Shown: one piece after another, positions 27,847 through 41,729 of the stretch
Layout: every line of letters starts with the position of its first letter
How positions within the stretch are numbered: position 1 is the first letter of the stretch
NCBI RefSeq assembly: GCF_009914755.1
Contig: NC_060927.1
DNA length: 64,000 nt
Source: the human T2T-CHM13v2.0 reference genome, Homo sapiens
Reading direction: 5' to 3' (one strand)
Translations under genes and position numbers: made by a program
Notes under the pieces: model-generated
Told to the model about the DNA's origin: nothing
The model's input: the letters and a program-made list of their open reading frames with translations, nothing else
Databases searched by the model: none

Positions 27847-28034
27847 TAGTTGTTCTCAAACTTGGGCATGCATCAGAAACACCTGGAGGGCCTGCTGCAC
27901 GATAGACTGCTGGAGCCTATCCCCAGAGTCTGATTCCGCAGCTCTGTGTGGGGACCCAATGATAATTTGCATTTCTAACAAGTTCTCAGGTGATTCTGAT
28001 GCTGCAGTTTGGGGTAACACTTTGAGAACCACTG
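27847..28034. mobile_element. MER5A inserted in an old LTR fragment (~27580-28130)
   Basis: GTTCTCAAACTT...TTTGCATTTCTAACAAGTTCTCAGGTGAT...CACTTTGAGAACCACTG. Confidence 0.88.
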
Positions 28035-28971
28035 CAGTAGACTGAACAAGTCAGGCTCCAGGGGCACAGAACAGGGTGAGAAGGATGAAGAATGGGTTTA
28101 GAGGGGAAAACAGAAGATACCTGGCACAACAGACAATAAAACACAACAGACTGTGAAGTAAAAAGTGTTAATTACACGTGTGATGGGAGTTCAAGCATGG
28201 TTGAAAGCCAAGCAGCCTGAAAGAGTGGAAGATTTTGTGGAAGAGATGGAATTTCATCAGAGGGATTATAAAGGTTTCAAAAGGAGGGGAGGCGGGGAGG
28301 GCATTTAGCAGGTAGGAAGTTCACAGACCAGGGTACATTGGCATGGTCTCTTTTAGGAGATTTAATTGCTTAAGGATAGCAATCTTGCTCAATGAGAAAG
28401 TCAGTTTTTAGGAACATTTAGAAAAACAGCTAATTGTATAAGAGCAGAGCAGAAAGGTGGATAATTTTGTCTGGGATTGATGAGGGTGAGAAAAGGGAGC
28501 CAGTACAAGTTCTTGAGTAAGGGAATGTTAAGAAAGACCAGGATTACTAGAAGGGAAAAGAAGACTGACTTGGTGACCCAATTAAGAAAGCTGTTAAGAT
28601 AGTTGACTATAGTAAAAATAAAAAAGAAAAAGAAAACATCCCCAATCAATCTGGGGACAAGATACCAGGGTTTAGGTCAGGCTTTTCTATTAACTAGCTG
28701 GGTGAGGTTGATCTGACTGTTGAACCACTCTGAAGGGAGCAGATATATTTTATTATAAGAATGAGATAATTACCCGGAAAGGAAAAAGCAAATAGGAGAC
28801 ACATTTCAAATCCTACCCACATCCACACCTAGAAAACACTGATGTCTGACAACCAGGGAATAAACCTTGTCAGTCTTTCGTAAGAACAAACTAATCCTTG
28901 CTGGTGCTGACTTGTTAATGACCAAGCAAGGATTATGGCTCACACTTTGGGTAGATTAGATTCATCACTGG

Positions 28972-29298
<327 letters not shown>

Positions 29299-29869
29299 TT
29301 AAAAAAAAGGTAAAAAAGAAAAAAGTATTATACTACTGAGGTTAATTTACTTTGCTTTAAATGCTTTTATTTATTTATTTTTGTTTTTAAATGAATTGCT
29401 ACTATAAATATGAACACTAAGCCTTGGAGACTTTGAGAATATGCCTTAAGTGCATAGTAGCTCTTGTTGAAGAAATTTATTCTCTTCAAAGTAATAAACA
29501 TGGAACTGACATGAACCATCTGTCAGTAGATGATGTTGGAGGTTTTGTGTGTGTACTAAGCATGGTGTCTACCTTGCTCTAAAGGACAAGAAAAGGAGAA
29601 TTTTTTAAAAACAATTTTTATTTCTATTCGAATACATTTTTTCTCAGATTTATTTGCTTCTGCTGTCCTTGGAATGTTTTGGATACACAGAACTTAAGTT
29701 TAAGACAATCCAGTTAAATATAGTAAATCGTGTTTCTGATATATTTTAGAATAAAAAATAAACAAGAAAAGAAAAACCCGATAAGCATTGAAATGGTACT
29801 CTGTTCCCTGCAAAGTCAGGCAGTGCAGGTCAGCAGAGTGTGTCATGTTTACCTTCAATGAAGCGGTCA

Positions 29870-30112
29870 CTAATAACATACCTGTCTAGTGTCTGCTATG
29901 TGTGAAGTAGGTATTTCCTGTTCATTTTGTCTTTTGATCTATAGTAACTATGTGAAGTAGTTACTATTATTTTGAGAACACAGATAAAAGGAGACATTGA
30001 TGCTTAGAGACTCTAAGTGTTTGCCCAAGGTCACATAGTTAATAGGTGTCAGTGCTGGTTTCAAATTCATGTCTGATTTATCTTAAAACCCATGCTCTTT
30101 ACCAGACACTAT
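29870..30112 (-). mobile_element. MIR
   Basis: TTTGCCCAAGGTCACATAG...CCATGCTCTTTACC. Confidence 0.7.
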
Positions 30113-30234
30113 TCTCTTTCAGCCTCTCCTCCCTCCAACTCCACTCCACCACTTGCTGTCTATTTTTTTTTTTTCTGTTTGTTAAAATTTTTGGACTGGT
30201 GGTTTATATCTAATGCCTCTATTTTTCTTAGAGT

Positions 30235-30775
30235 ATAAGCTATCCACTGCTCATAATAAATTACCCATAGACTTAGTGGATTAAAAAAACTCAAACATTT
30301 CTTATCTTACAATTTCTGTGGGTCAGAAATTCAGGAATGCCTTGCTGAGTGATTCTGACTCTGGTTTCTTGTGTCAGCTGGGGCTGCAGTTATCTGAAGG
30401 CTTAACAGTCTGGGGGTCTTCTTCCAAGATGGCTTGCTCATCTGGCAGCTGCCAGCAGAGCTTAGTTCCTCACTGGCTGTTGGCAGAAGGCCTCATTTCT
30501 TTACCATGTGAGCTCTTCTATAGGGCTTCTTGAGTGTCCTTATGACGTAGCAGCTGGCTTCCCCCATGTGAGTGATCTGAGACAGCAAGATGGAAGGCAG
30601 AGTGCCTTTTATGACCTAGCCCTGGAAGTTGTGCTCCATTGTCCTGCAACATCCTCTTGGTTATGTAGGCCAACCCAGTTCAGCATGGGAGGAAACTCTG
30701 CGAGGGTGTGCATACCAGGTGAGAGTTCTGAGAGCCTGGTTAAACACCACCCACTGGGAAGCTGCTGGACACACC
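30235..30775 (-). mobile_element. MLT1F-like MaLR LTR
   Basis: ACAATTTCTGTGGGTCAGAAATTCAGG...CTTCCAAGATGGC...TTTTATGACCTAGCC. Confidence 0.8.
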
Positions 30776-30789
30776 TTGCCATTCATTCC

Positions 30790-31117
30790 CTTCTTTTTTC
30801 TTTCTCTTTCTTTTCTTTTTTTTATTTTTATTTTTTGAGACAGAATCTCCCTCTGTCATTCAGGCTGGAGTGCAGTAGCACAATCACAGCTCACTGAACC
30901 CTCTGCCTCCCAGGCTCAAGTGGTCCTTCCACCTCAGCCTCATGGGTAGCTGGGACTACAAGCGTGTGCCACCACTCCTGGCTAATTTTTGTATTTTATA
31001 TAGAGATGGGTTTTGCCAGGTTGCCCAGTCTGGTCTCAAACTCCTGAGCTCAAGTGATCCACCCACCTTGGCCTCCCAAAGTGCTGGGATTACAGGCATG
31101 AGTCCCCACATCTCGCC
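30790..31117 (-). mobile_element. AluJ
   Basis: Pyrimidine tail, CACAGCTCACTG, CTCCTGAGCTCAAGTGATCC. Confidence 0.92.
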
Positions 31118-31414
31118 GTTAATTCTTAATAATGTACCTTTTCATCTTTCTGCCTGAGTTTTTACAGACTTCCTCTCAACAAACTTAATAATTTCCTTCT
31201 TACTGATCTTACTTCAAAGTTTCTTTGCTGGATTTAACAATTTCTTATCACCTCCTACTTCTTGTCTTGGTTTTTCATTCACATCTAATGCTTAGCACAG
31301 TCCTGGGTGCATATGAAGGCCACCTGAATGGACATTTATTAAATGAATGAATCCTTGACTTTATCTCAGTTTCCTCCCCTGCTGCTCTTCCCTAGTTCTT
31401 CTCCACCAAGGCCC

Positions 31415-31785
31415 AGTTGCAGGTTGGCCCTATTAGGCCAACCAATGTGTTTTATTTGGCTCACATAGAGTTTTAAGGTTATGAGTCAACATTTGAAAGT
31501 TAGGAGGTTTCACACAAAAATATGAGTTCCTGCTTTTCTTGAGCAATTTGAAGATCTGGCATGGAAACAGTTGCTAGAACGAAGGGGCCCCTTTTAGAGA
31601 TGACAGGTGCCCTTTTGTTCCTCATGGTCCCTGGCATTCTTGCTTTTTCTCTCCCTGACACCGAGGCTCTTTTAGATTTTCATTTCTTACTGTGTTTACA
31701 ATATTGTTGTTCTTACAGTGTAGAAATCATCCTAAAACACGTGTCTCTATCAAAGTGGGGAAAATGAAAGATAAACCAGGTGTTC
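31415..31785. mobile_element. hAT-Charlie fragment (MER102/Charlie4-like)
   Basis: CTTTTCTTGAGCAATTTGAAGATCTGGCA and TGTCTCTATCAAAGTGGGGAAAATGAAAGATA motifs. Confidence 0.55.
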
Positions 31786-32108
31786 ATGTGATTTTTCTCA
31801 CACCCATCTGACTGAAGCAAGAGAGTTAGTGATCTGTGTTCTGTACCCCCAAGCTGTAGAAAATGACCCTATCATGTAACTTGCCCAGTAGGCCTCCTGC
31901 CTCCTTATCTTTGATCTCTTTTCTTTCTTATCACTCCATGTTTGAAATGGAGGATGAGGTCAGTGCTCCACTGCAGGAGAGATTAACTTTTCTATTTCTA
32001 TGGGGGTGGAGAGAAGCCACCATAGAATGCATAGTCCTCTGATAAAAATACACTTCACTCATGCACACACTTTAATTATTTTGTTTTGTTTGAGAAATCT
32101 ATTTGTCC

Positions 32109-32484
<376 letters not shown>

Positions 32485-32789
32485 TCATCTTCCTATTCAA
32501 GACATCCTTGCATGTCTAGATCAGAGCTCATGTTTGTGTGTGTGTATGTGTGGATCAAGGAAGAAGGGGAAGATGAGAGTACAGTATTCAATAAGTAAAG
32601 TTGTAGGTAACTGAGGGATGTTCATCTCCCCAAAGGAAAAGTGAATCCTGGGTTAAATGGAAGGAGCAGATTATTCCCACAGAGGCAAGTGATGAATGAA
32701 AACGGAGACAAACTAGTTACAGCTGTGCAAGTGTTTGTTGGCAGGTCAACAGGAAAGTGGATGGAAATGCTGAAGATTTTCAATATTTA

Positions 32790-33232
32790 GTGTATTAGTT
32801 AGAAATTACTTTTTGCTCTTGATAACAGAGACTCAACAATATTAGCTCAAACCAATTAGGGACGAATTTTCCCTCATTTTAAAGAAAATTGGTGACAGTA
32901 GTCCAGGGCTAGTTTAGAGGCTCCATACAATCACTGTGGATCCAGCTTCCCACTATCTTTTTTGCTCTGCCAGCCTCAATGCATGGCTTCCATCCTTAGG
33001 TCCTGAGATGGCCACTAGAGCTCTAACCCTCAGCTTGCCAAGCAGGAGGGAAGAGAAGAGCAAGGGCAAGGGTCTCTCCCAGAAGCCCTCTGCCCAGAGC
33101 TTCTGCACACATCTCATTGGCCATCCCTATGTATAAGGGAGGGTAGAAAAGTAATTTTTTTTCAGCTGAACACATTGCTCAGCGTTTTTATACTAAAGAC
33201 CAAAGGATAAATAAATATAACGTGCTCTGCCA
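32790..33232 (-). mobile_element. Old MLT1 (J/K/L-like) LTR
   Basis: TGTATTAGTTAG...TAACAGAGACTCAAC...CATCTCATTGGCCA. Confidence 0.65.
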
Positions 33233-33274
33233 AATCTAGTTAAGGGAAGATAAGAAAAGTAATGGTCATTATCT

Positions 33275-33410
33275 GGCCATTTACTAAGAGCTAGCACTGT
33301 GCTATAAGTCATCAAAACAACCATATGAAATAAGGTTGTTGCAGATAAGGAAACTGAGGCTCAGAGAAGTTAAGTAACTTGACTGAGGTCACATATTTAG
33401 TAAATAGGCC
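33275..33410 (-). mobile_element. MIR
   Basis: CAGATAAGGAAACTGAGGCTCAGAGAAGTTAAGTAACTTG. Confidence 0.85.
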
Positions 33411-34292
33411 AGCATTTCCAAAAGCTGCTGAGTCATCCTTGGAAATTTAAAGGAGTTAAGATATCCTTTCTTGATAACCGTCTTTGGTTTCTCATTTCTC
33501 CTAGCATGGTAGAATTCCTGCAGACCAACATGAACTCCTACCATAAACTCTCCTACTCTTTACTATTAAGCTTTAAAGCCACTATAAAACAGTAGTTAAA
33601 AGCCTTTGGGAAATTTAGGCAAGTGATAAATTATCTTTGGATTTTCACCATTTCTAGACATTTAACTTAACATTTATTGAGGCTCTACAACGTACAAGGT
33701 GTTTTTTTTTTTTTTTGAAGCTGTGTTCCTGTATATGTACCTTGCTTGTGCAAATCAATATTCTTTGCTCTTTGTTTATGCATTTTGTCATTTTGGGATG
33801 AGAAGTTGTACTATTCTAGTCAAACCAAGTATAAATTTTGTCTTATACACTTACTCTTTGTAAATTGTCTACTGTAAAAATAAAAGCATAATTTTGTTGT
33901 TTTAATATGCTAGTTCATTCTTATTTGTAAGATTAAACTCAGCAATTCATGAGTGAGATTTTCAAAGAAAGCATATTACTCATAAAAGCTCATGATGGGA
34001 AATTCAGCCATACTAAGCATAGTGTCATGGGCTTTGTGTTCTGTGGGAGAACAAAGGAGGAGATTTCCTCAAACCCAGGAACAAAACAAGTTGCACCTCA
34101 GAGATTGAACTGTGGATCAAATGTTCAAAGCCTTAATCACATAAGTCATTGCCATCTCGATCAAACTCCTAGTGCTGAGTTAAAAAGATGTCTTACTGCT
34201 AACTCATCCAGGTTATTCTTAGTCTCTTTCAGAAACAAAATTCAAAGCTTACTGTGTTACTGAGGAGTTTGAATGTCAGTGTGCAGAATATA

Positions 34293-34633
34293 CAGTTGGC
34301 CCTCCATATCTGTGGGTTTTGTACCCATGAATTCAACTAACTGTCATCCAGCATATTTTGGGGAAAAAAAAAACTGCATCTGTGCTGAACATGTACAGAC
34401 TTTTTTCTTTGCCATTATACCCTAAACAATATAGTATAATAACTATTTACATAGCATTTGCATTGTATTAGGTATTACAAATAATCTAGAGATGATTTCA
34501 AGTATATGGGAGAATGTGCATGTGTTACATGCAAATAATATATCATTTTAAATTAGGAACTTGAACATCCATGGATTTCGGTATCTGAGGGAGGTTCTGA
34601 AACTACTCCCCCTCAGATACCAAGGGATGACTG
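34293..34633. mobile_element. MER2, full length
   Basis: TA|CAGTTGGCCCTCC...GGGATGACTG|TA with TA TSD. Confidence 0.93.
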
Positions 34634-35554
34634 TACTAGGATTGAAGCTTTCCAGAGGAAGCGATCATTGTATATCTGCTTCACTTCCTCTGGAAAGCTG
34701 CAAGCACATAGTGGGCACTCAGATATGTACTCAATGAGTGAACGAAAGAATATCTAATTTGCTAGTTCCCTCTAAGTCTGAGGATCTAATTAGGGCCATA
34801 CTTGTGGCTTCCAGACCTTAAGGGCACACCACCTTCAACTTATCACCTCTTACCCCATTTGACATCCACCCTCTGTGTACTTTGGTCTAATGAAATGGTC
34901 TTGAAAATCACCTCTTGCTTCTTACTCTTTCTCTGAGTCCTTTTCCTACCTGGTATGACAACAGCATTGGTCAAGGTTGGCTTGACCATGTAGCAGTCTC
35001 CTCTCTTGGTTCCTGTGATGCTACGTCAGCTTGATTCTCTTTCCCTCTCTGACTTCATCTCTGTCATTCTTTGGTTTTTCTTTAATTGTTATATGGAAAG
35101 TCATAATGTTCAGTTGTCCACTGAGGTCTCCTCATACCTTTCTAAGCCCTCTTTTTTGAGGATCTTGTCTTTACAATTGTCTTTTATTATTTTCTCTCAT
35201 TTGGTTCTAACCTGATTTCTCTGCCTTGTGTCTTTTTTACTCTCATCTCATGCTTCCATTATCCAGCAGCCTGGAAAACTTCTGCATACATGTCTAAAGT
35301 AAGAGTGATTACCGCCTCTCCAACACCCCCCCACACACACACTCCACTATCCCATGCTCACACTCACACAAGCAGCTCCTCACTAAAGGCTTCCTAATCC
35401 TGGATCCTGCACCACAATATCTCAAGGAACAGTCTTCAAGGTGGCTTTGACCCACCAACTCCTTCATTCCTCAAAGCCAACCCATTAAGCACTGTGGATG
35501 CCTCCTTTTGTGATACCTTTCAAAGATAATTTCCATGCCATTTGAAAAGTTGTT

Positions 35555-36075
35555 TAAAAATAATTTCAGTCTTACAGAAAAGTTCAAAACTAGTACAGAA
35601 GATTCCCATGCATTCATCACCCAGCTTCCCTTAATATTAACACCATACACAACCATTGTACCATTATCACAACTGAGAAGGTAATCTAAGTATAATACCA
35701 TGAACTAAACAACAGACTTTATTCATATTTCATCAGTTTTCCCAGTAATATCTGTTTTTTCAGCTCCAGGATCCCAAAGTACATTTAGCTATTATATCTC
35801 CTTGCCTCCAGCCTGAAACAATGATCATGTTCATCTTAATTACTTGGATAATATGTCTTCTGGGTTCCTCTGCTCTCAAGTTAATACTTTCTCCTTTGTA
35901 ATTAATAAGTGTCTTAAGGAAGATACTTTGAGATTCTACAGATATGCCATTGTATCGTTTTGTTGCCCACTAATTTTAGCATCCATCAGTGGATCTTGCC
36001 TGTCTTAATTATTACTGTGATGTTCTAACAGTGATTTTCTATTTCCCTCATTCTCCTTACATTTATTAATTCCTT
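35555..36075 (-). mobile_element. L1MC4/5-like 3' end
   Basis: CTTACAGAAAAGTT...CCCACTAATTTTAGCATCCAT...GTGATTTTCTATTTCCCTCATT. Confidence 0.75.
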
Positions 36076-36119
36076 CAACTTCATTTGAATTTAAAGTTGT
36101 TACTGTAAAAATAGTCATG

Positions 36120-36362
36120 AATAGTTTTTTTTGAGTGCTTACTTGGTGCCAGGTATTGGACAAAACACTTGAACACTCATGGTGTCATTTGATGCCCATG
36201 GTAACCCTTTGAATTAGATACAGTTATGTCCATTTTACAGATTAGCAAATGGAGGCCCAGAGAGGCCAAATAATTTGACCATGGTCAACAGAATGGAGTC
36301 AGCATCCCACCCATGTTTGTCTGATGCTAAAACCTGTTCTCTTACTCCCTACAAAATGCTGC
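36120..36362 (-). mobile_element. MIR
   Basis: CCATTTTACAGATTAGCAAATGGAGGCCCAGAGAGG. Confidence 0.75.
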
Positions 36363-36799
36363 CTCGCTTTGGTTAAAGCACTTGTTTTGTTAGAAGTTCT
36401 GTGAGAAATCTCGCTGCCACCAGAAACTCACCCTCAAAATGCTTCCCAGAGTCTAACTCATTTCCCTAAGCCTTAACATTCTGTCTTGTTATTTTTCCCA
36501 AAACATTGCAATATTTCTCACTGAGGACAGGATGATGTCAGAAGTTCTTAACCCACACTGAAGACATCTATTATAATATCTGACTCTAAACTGACCTTCC
36601 ATGGCTTCCCTATATTAGTTCTCCACTCTAGTCAAATTTTCTATTTACAATGGCCTGTTAATTAATTGTGTTTTCTTTCTTTCTGCTTTGCTTTTCTATT
36701 TCATTTAGTTTGGAATGTTTTTTTTCTTTCTCTTCTTGTAAATCCTGCCCATTTCTTAAAGCACATGAGCTAGTGGAGGTGGAAGGTAGAGCCATAGGA

Positions 36800-37578
36800 A
36801 GTGGAAATCCTGTGGGCTCTACCTTCAACACTTATTCAGAATCTGGCTCAAACCCGCTTCCAACAGCTATTACTCAGGTCCCAGCTACTATCAACTGGCT
36901 CTGGGATTGATGCAATTGCCTCCTAATGGTTGTACCTGCTTCTATTCTTTTCCTGCTACAGCCTGTCCTCTACACAGCAGCCAGAGTGATCCTTTAAAAA
37001 TGTACGTCAAAAGAGGTCACTCCTCTGCCAGACCCTGCAATGGCTCTCATTTCACTAAGAGTCTAAGTGTGTAGAAAGGCCAGGAAGACCCAACCACGTC
37101 GGCTCCACTTCCCACTTCCCCACCATCATCTCCCCAACCTGATGTCTTTCAACTCTCACCTTTGTTCACACCAGCCCAGCTACACTGACCTCTGTGCTGT
37201 TGCTGGAATATTCTAGGTTCACTGAGGCTGCAGAGCCTTTGCCTTGGCTGGTCCCTCTGCCTGGAATGCCCTTCCTCCAGATATTCACATGGCTCATTCA
37301 GCTCCTTCAGTGTTGACTCACATGTCACCTTCTCAATGAGGCCTACTCTAATATTGCAGCACCTCCAATCATCCTTACTTTACTCCATCTTTTCCCATTT
37401 TTCACAGTACTTATTGCCTTCTAATAAACTCTACAGTTGTTTTTACATCTGTGGTTTACTATCTGGAATGTCAGTTCTAGAAGGGCAGGAATCTCTGTTC
37501 TGCTCATGGATGTATTCCAAGCAGCTAGGACCGAGGCTGGCACATAGAATGTCCTCAGGAAATGATATTTGAATGATT
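36800..37578 (+). mobile_element. L2a
   Basis: CACAGCAGCCAGAGTGATCCTTTAAAA...CCCTCTGCCTGGAATGCCCTTCC...GGCACATAG. Confidence 0.85.
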
Positions 37579-37764
37579 GACGTGTCTCATTCAAAATGAC
37601 CTCCTCCTCATCTGTTGTCGTGCGATATGCATCATGGCTGAACCATTCTTTTCGTATATCGTGTATGCACTGCCTCACTTCATTTCTGGTACCCACGACC
37701 TGTCTTCCCAACTAGATTGTAAGTTTGGAGTGGTGACATCTGTGGTTTCATCTTGCGAATGATC

Positions 37765-38228
37765 CAATCTGCCTTCTTTGGCACAGCACTCTAATTTTCC
37801 TTAATGGAAACTATCCTTTCTCCATCTCTTAATCCATGTGATTTTGGTTGGGCTAATATTATTCTGCCCCAGGGATGGATGTGTGGCCCAGACTTATCTG
37901 AATAGAACATGGCATTACCCTAGCAACAGGGATTGCTTTGGAAATGTCTATTGACTCCACCAAGGTACTGATGGGGAAATAGGAGTACTTTTTTTCTATT
38001 GAGATTGCTAGAAATTTCTAGTATATCTCTTTGCCCTACTTTTTGAGTTCGTGTCTGGAATTAATGCTTTAACAGAAGAAAGCAGAGTTCAGAAATGAAC
38101 AGTGGCAGATTTGTGACAACATTACTTAAGTACCTAGATCCAGTTATGCCTAAAGTCCAGCCCTAGAGTTTTCCAGTTACCTGAGCTAATGTGTCAATTT
38201 TTAAGAAACTAAAGCCAGTTTTACTAAA
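37765..38228 (+). mobile_element. Old LTR (LTR33/MLT1K-like)
   Basis: CCTAGATCCAGTTATGCCTAAAG...CAGTTACCTGAGCTAAT...AAGCCAGTTT. Confidence 0.55.
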
Positions 38229-38507
38229 GTCAATAGTACAGTGCCTTATGCTATTTATTTACTTATTCATTTATTCTTAAATCTGTTTCATGAAGAACTT
38301 AAAGATGTTTACAGAGGTACATACAACTGTAAAATCAAGAGTTTAAAAAATAGTCGAAGAAAACAAGATAAGGGAGCAAAAGAGAGGAAAAAAATATATT
38401 AGTCTGCAAAGCATCTGCTGGGAAGTTCTGTACATTTTCATGGTAGGCCACACATTTAGCCCTGATATTTCAAGAGCCAAGGTTAAAAGTACAGTGAAGT
38501 TGGTTAC

Positions 38508-38851
<344 letters not shown>

Positions 38852-39307
38852 TTATTTATCACCTATTTCTGGAACTCCGTAGGTTTATTAAAAGAATTAA
38901 ATAAACGAATGCGAACAAGTTGTATAGAGCTACCCAAATACTCCTGCTGTTGAGGCCACAGGGAATTACCTGCAATAATCTATCTAACTCTTAGTTTAAC
39001 AGTATTATTCCGAATCATAAAATTCACTCATCCAGGTTTCTCTTTGGGCTATAAACATTATAGTCATATAATGATTTGGACTTGAATTAAATAACAAAAA
39101 CCCTCCAAATTGCATTTATTTTATGGGTAAGTTTGGCTTTGTGCAACAAGTGCGTTGTTTGTAAAGTAGATTATGTCACAAACATTATTTATCTTGACAT
39201 TTGTATGCTTCTTTATGTTTTGTACACAACTTTGAAATTGTAGGTGATTAGGGGTTCTACATAGAATGGTAACTTCTCATTGCTTTGAGTTATTTGCTCT
39301 TTTTCAT

Positions 39308-39598
39308 GTTTTCTTTTTGAGACAGGGTCTCACTCTGTCACCCAGGCTGGAGTGCAGTGGCACAATCAGGGCTCATTGCAGCTTCGACCTCCTATGGCTC
39401 AGGTGATCCTCCCAGCAGAACCTCCTGGGTAGCTGGCACTACAGGTATGTACTACCACTCCTGGCTAATGTTTTTATTTTTTGGTAGAGAGGGGGTTTGC
39501 TATGTTGCCCAGACTAGTCTCAAACTCCTAGGCTCAAGTGATCCACCTGCCTTGGCCTCCCAACGTTTTGGGATGACAGACATGAGCCACCATGGCTC
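39308..39598 (-). mobile_element. AluJ
   Basis: GAGACAGGGTCTCACTCTGTCACCCAGG...TGCTATGTTGCCCAG. Confidence 0.92.
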
Positions 39599-40579
39599 AA
39601 TGGTGGCTTTTGGCTTCAATCTGTCAGCTCTATGATCAAGCCAACCCACTAGCCTCTCTGTTCATTAACTTCATCACTTCCAATAATCTTTTCTTCTATC
39701 TACCTCAATCAGCCCAGAACTACACTTATCAAGAAATATACTTCCTCCTATCCTTCCAAATCATTTTCCCAGCACAATAATTCCATCCATTCCTTCAAGA
39801 CATCTAGCCATTGATTCTACCACTTTGTCTTCTTCTGAGACACCTCTCATATCTTTTCCCCATTTGCCCAGGTGAGAGTCCGAAGTCTAACATTCTTATT
39901 CTTGTCTTCCATATACCTGCAAATTTCTTGCCCTGGCACATCCCATCCCTAGTTATATCCTCAACCCAACCCTCTGCCTGCTCCATGCTTGATCCCCAGC
40001 AAGGAAATGTGATGTGAGGAAACGCTGCTGATGGGTTCCACATTACATTTACAGACACCATATCAAGTGGGAAAGAGTGTAGTTCTGCAACTTGATTACA
40101 TATCCTTAGTTGGTTTATTCGCTTACTCATCTAGGTGACTCATGTTTATTAAAGCTTTGTGTTTCCCTAATCCTGGGTGGAAGAGAGTTTGCCCATCTTC
40201 CCAATCACCTCTGAACATGTACTGCATCTGCATTCTCATTCTCTGTGTACTGGGTCTCTTCTTTTCTCATCTACTCACACACTTCACTCCTGCAGTTGAC
40301 ACTGCTCTTTCCTACATAATCCATTTCTCGCTCTCTTCTGGATTGTCTCTACCAGCTTACAAACAGGATAAGCAATCTTCCTTCTTGAAAAACCTCCCAA
40401 GTCTCCACTTCCATGTCCTACCACTGTCCCATTTCTCTGCTCTTCTTTATAAAATATGTTCACTGGGATAGTTATGTCTACTCACTGTCCTTTCTTCTCC
40501 ATGTACCATTCTTTCCTAACTCATTCCAATCAGGTTTTCATCTCCACCACTTCACTGAAACTGCTTTTGTCAAGGTCAC

Positions 40580-40913
40580 TGATATGGGTTGGCTCTGTGT
40601 CCCCACCCAAATCTCATCTTGAACTGTACTCCCATAATTCCCATAATTCCCATGTGTTGTGGGAGGGACCTGGTGGGAGATAATTTGAATCACGGGGGCA
40701 GATTCCTCTGTACTGTTCTTGTGGTAATGAATAAGTCTCAGAGGTTTCTGCTTTCGCACTTCTCTCATTTTCTCTTGCCGCTATGATGTTTAAGAAGTGC
40801 CTTTTGCCTCCTGCCATGATTCTGAGGCCTCCCCAGCCATGTGGAACTGTAAGTCCAATTAAGCCTCTTTCTCTTCCCAGTCTTTATCAGCAGCATGAAA
40901 GTGAACTAATACA
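40580..40913 (+). mobile_element. THE1B solo LTR
   Basis: TGATATGG...GAACTAATACA termini; perfect 5-bp TSD GTCAC. Confidence 0.93.
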
Positions 40914-40944
40914 GTCACCAAGGGCCTCCATTTTGCCAAATCCA

Positions 40945-41047
40945 ATGATTCCATTACCTCCCACTGGGTCCCTCCCACAACACATGGGGATTATGGGAAC
41001 TACAATTCAAAGTGAGATTTGGGTGGGGACACAGCAAAACCATATCA
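40945..41047 (-). mobile_element. THE1C/D LTR 5' fragment
   Basis: TTACCTCCCACTGGGTCCCTCCCACAACAC...GGGGACACAGCAAAACCATATCA. Confidence 0.88.
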
Positions 41048-41544
41048 CCAATCCTACTCCTGTCTCAGGGCCTTTGCACTTGCTCTACCTCCACCTGAAA
41101 TCTTCCTCCACTAGATCTTCACATGACTTGCTCACTCGTTTCATTCAGTGTTCTGCACATGTCTCCTCCTCAGAGAGGCCTTCCCTGACACCCCATCTAA
41201 CAGTGCCTCCTGCCTCCATTGTTCTCTGTCCTCTTGTCCTGCTTTGAATTCCTTCATAGCACTTAGCACAAACTGACATGACTTTATAAATTTCTTTGTT
41301 TCCTACTTGGCTGCACCACTAGAATGGAAACTCTCTGAGGACATGGGACATCTTTGTCTTGTTCACTGTGGAATTTCTAGTGTTTAGAACAATTTCTGAC
41401 AAATTGTAGATATTGAATACTACTTAGATAAATAGCTACAGTCATTTATTAGAATATGGATGTGTAACAGACACAGCACTAGGTGCTATGAATACTGGGA
41501 CAAATGAGACTATTCCTGCCCTCGAGGAGTTGCCAGTCTTGTGA

Positions 41545-41729
41545 GGTCATTCTTGACATGTTCTTCTTGGGCCATCAGCATTGGCATCATGTGGGAATTT
41601 ATTAGAAAGACAAATTCTCAGATCCCATCTGGACCTACTGAAATAGCAACACCATGAGTGGGGCATCTGTCTGCATCTTAACAGGACCTCCTGACAGCAC
41701 AGATGTGGGGTGGAGTTTGAGAACCACTG
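41545..41729. mobile_element. MER5A-family
   Basis: CAGCATTGGCATCA...GACCTACTGAA...AGTTTGAGAACCACTG. Confidence 0.75.

Larger units (their letters stand above)
39610..41430 (+). mobile_element. L2, interrupted by THE1 elements and an internal deletion
   Basis: TTCCAATCAGGTTTTCATCTCCACCACTTCACTGAAACTGCTTTTGTCAAGGTCAC; CTCAGGGCCTTTGCAC; GAGAGGCCTTCCCTGAC. Confidence 0.8.

Noticed and set aside
40783-41247. 154-aa proline-rich ORF
   Set aside because: It runs across THE1B, L2 and THE1C/D fragments.
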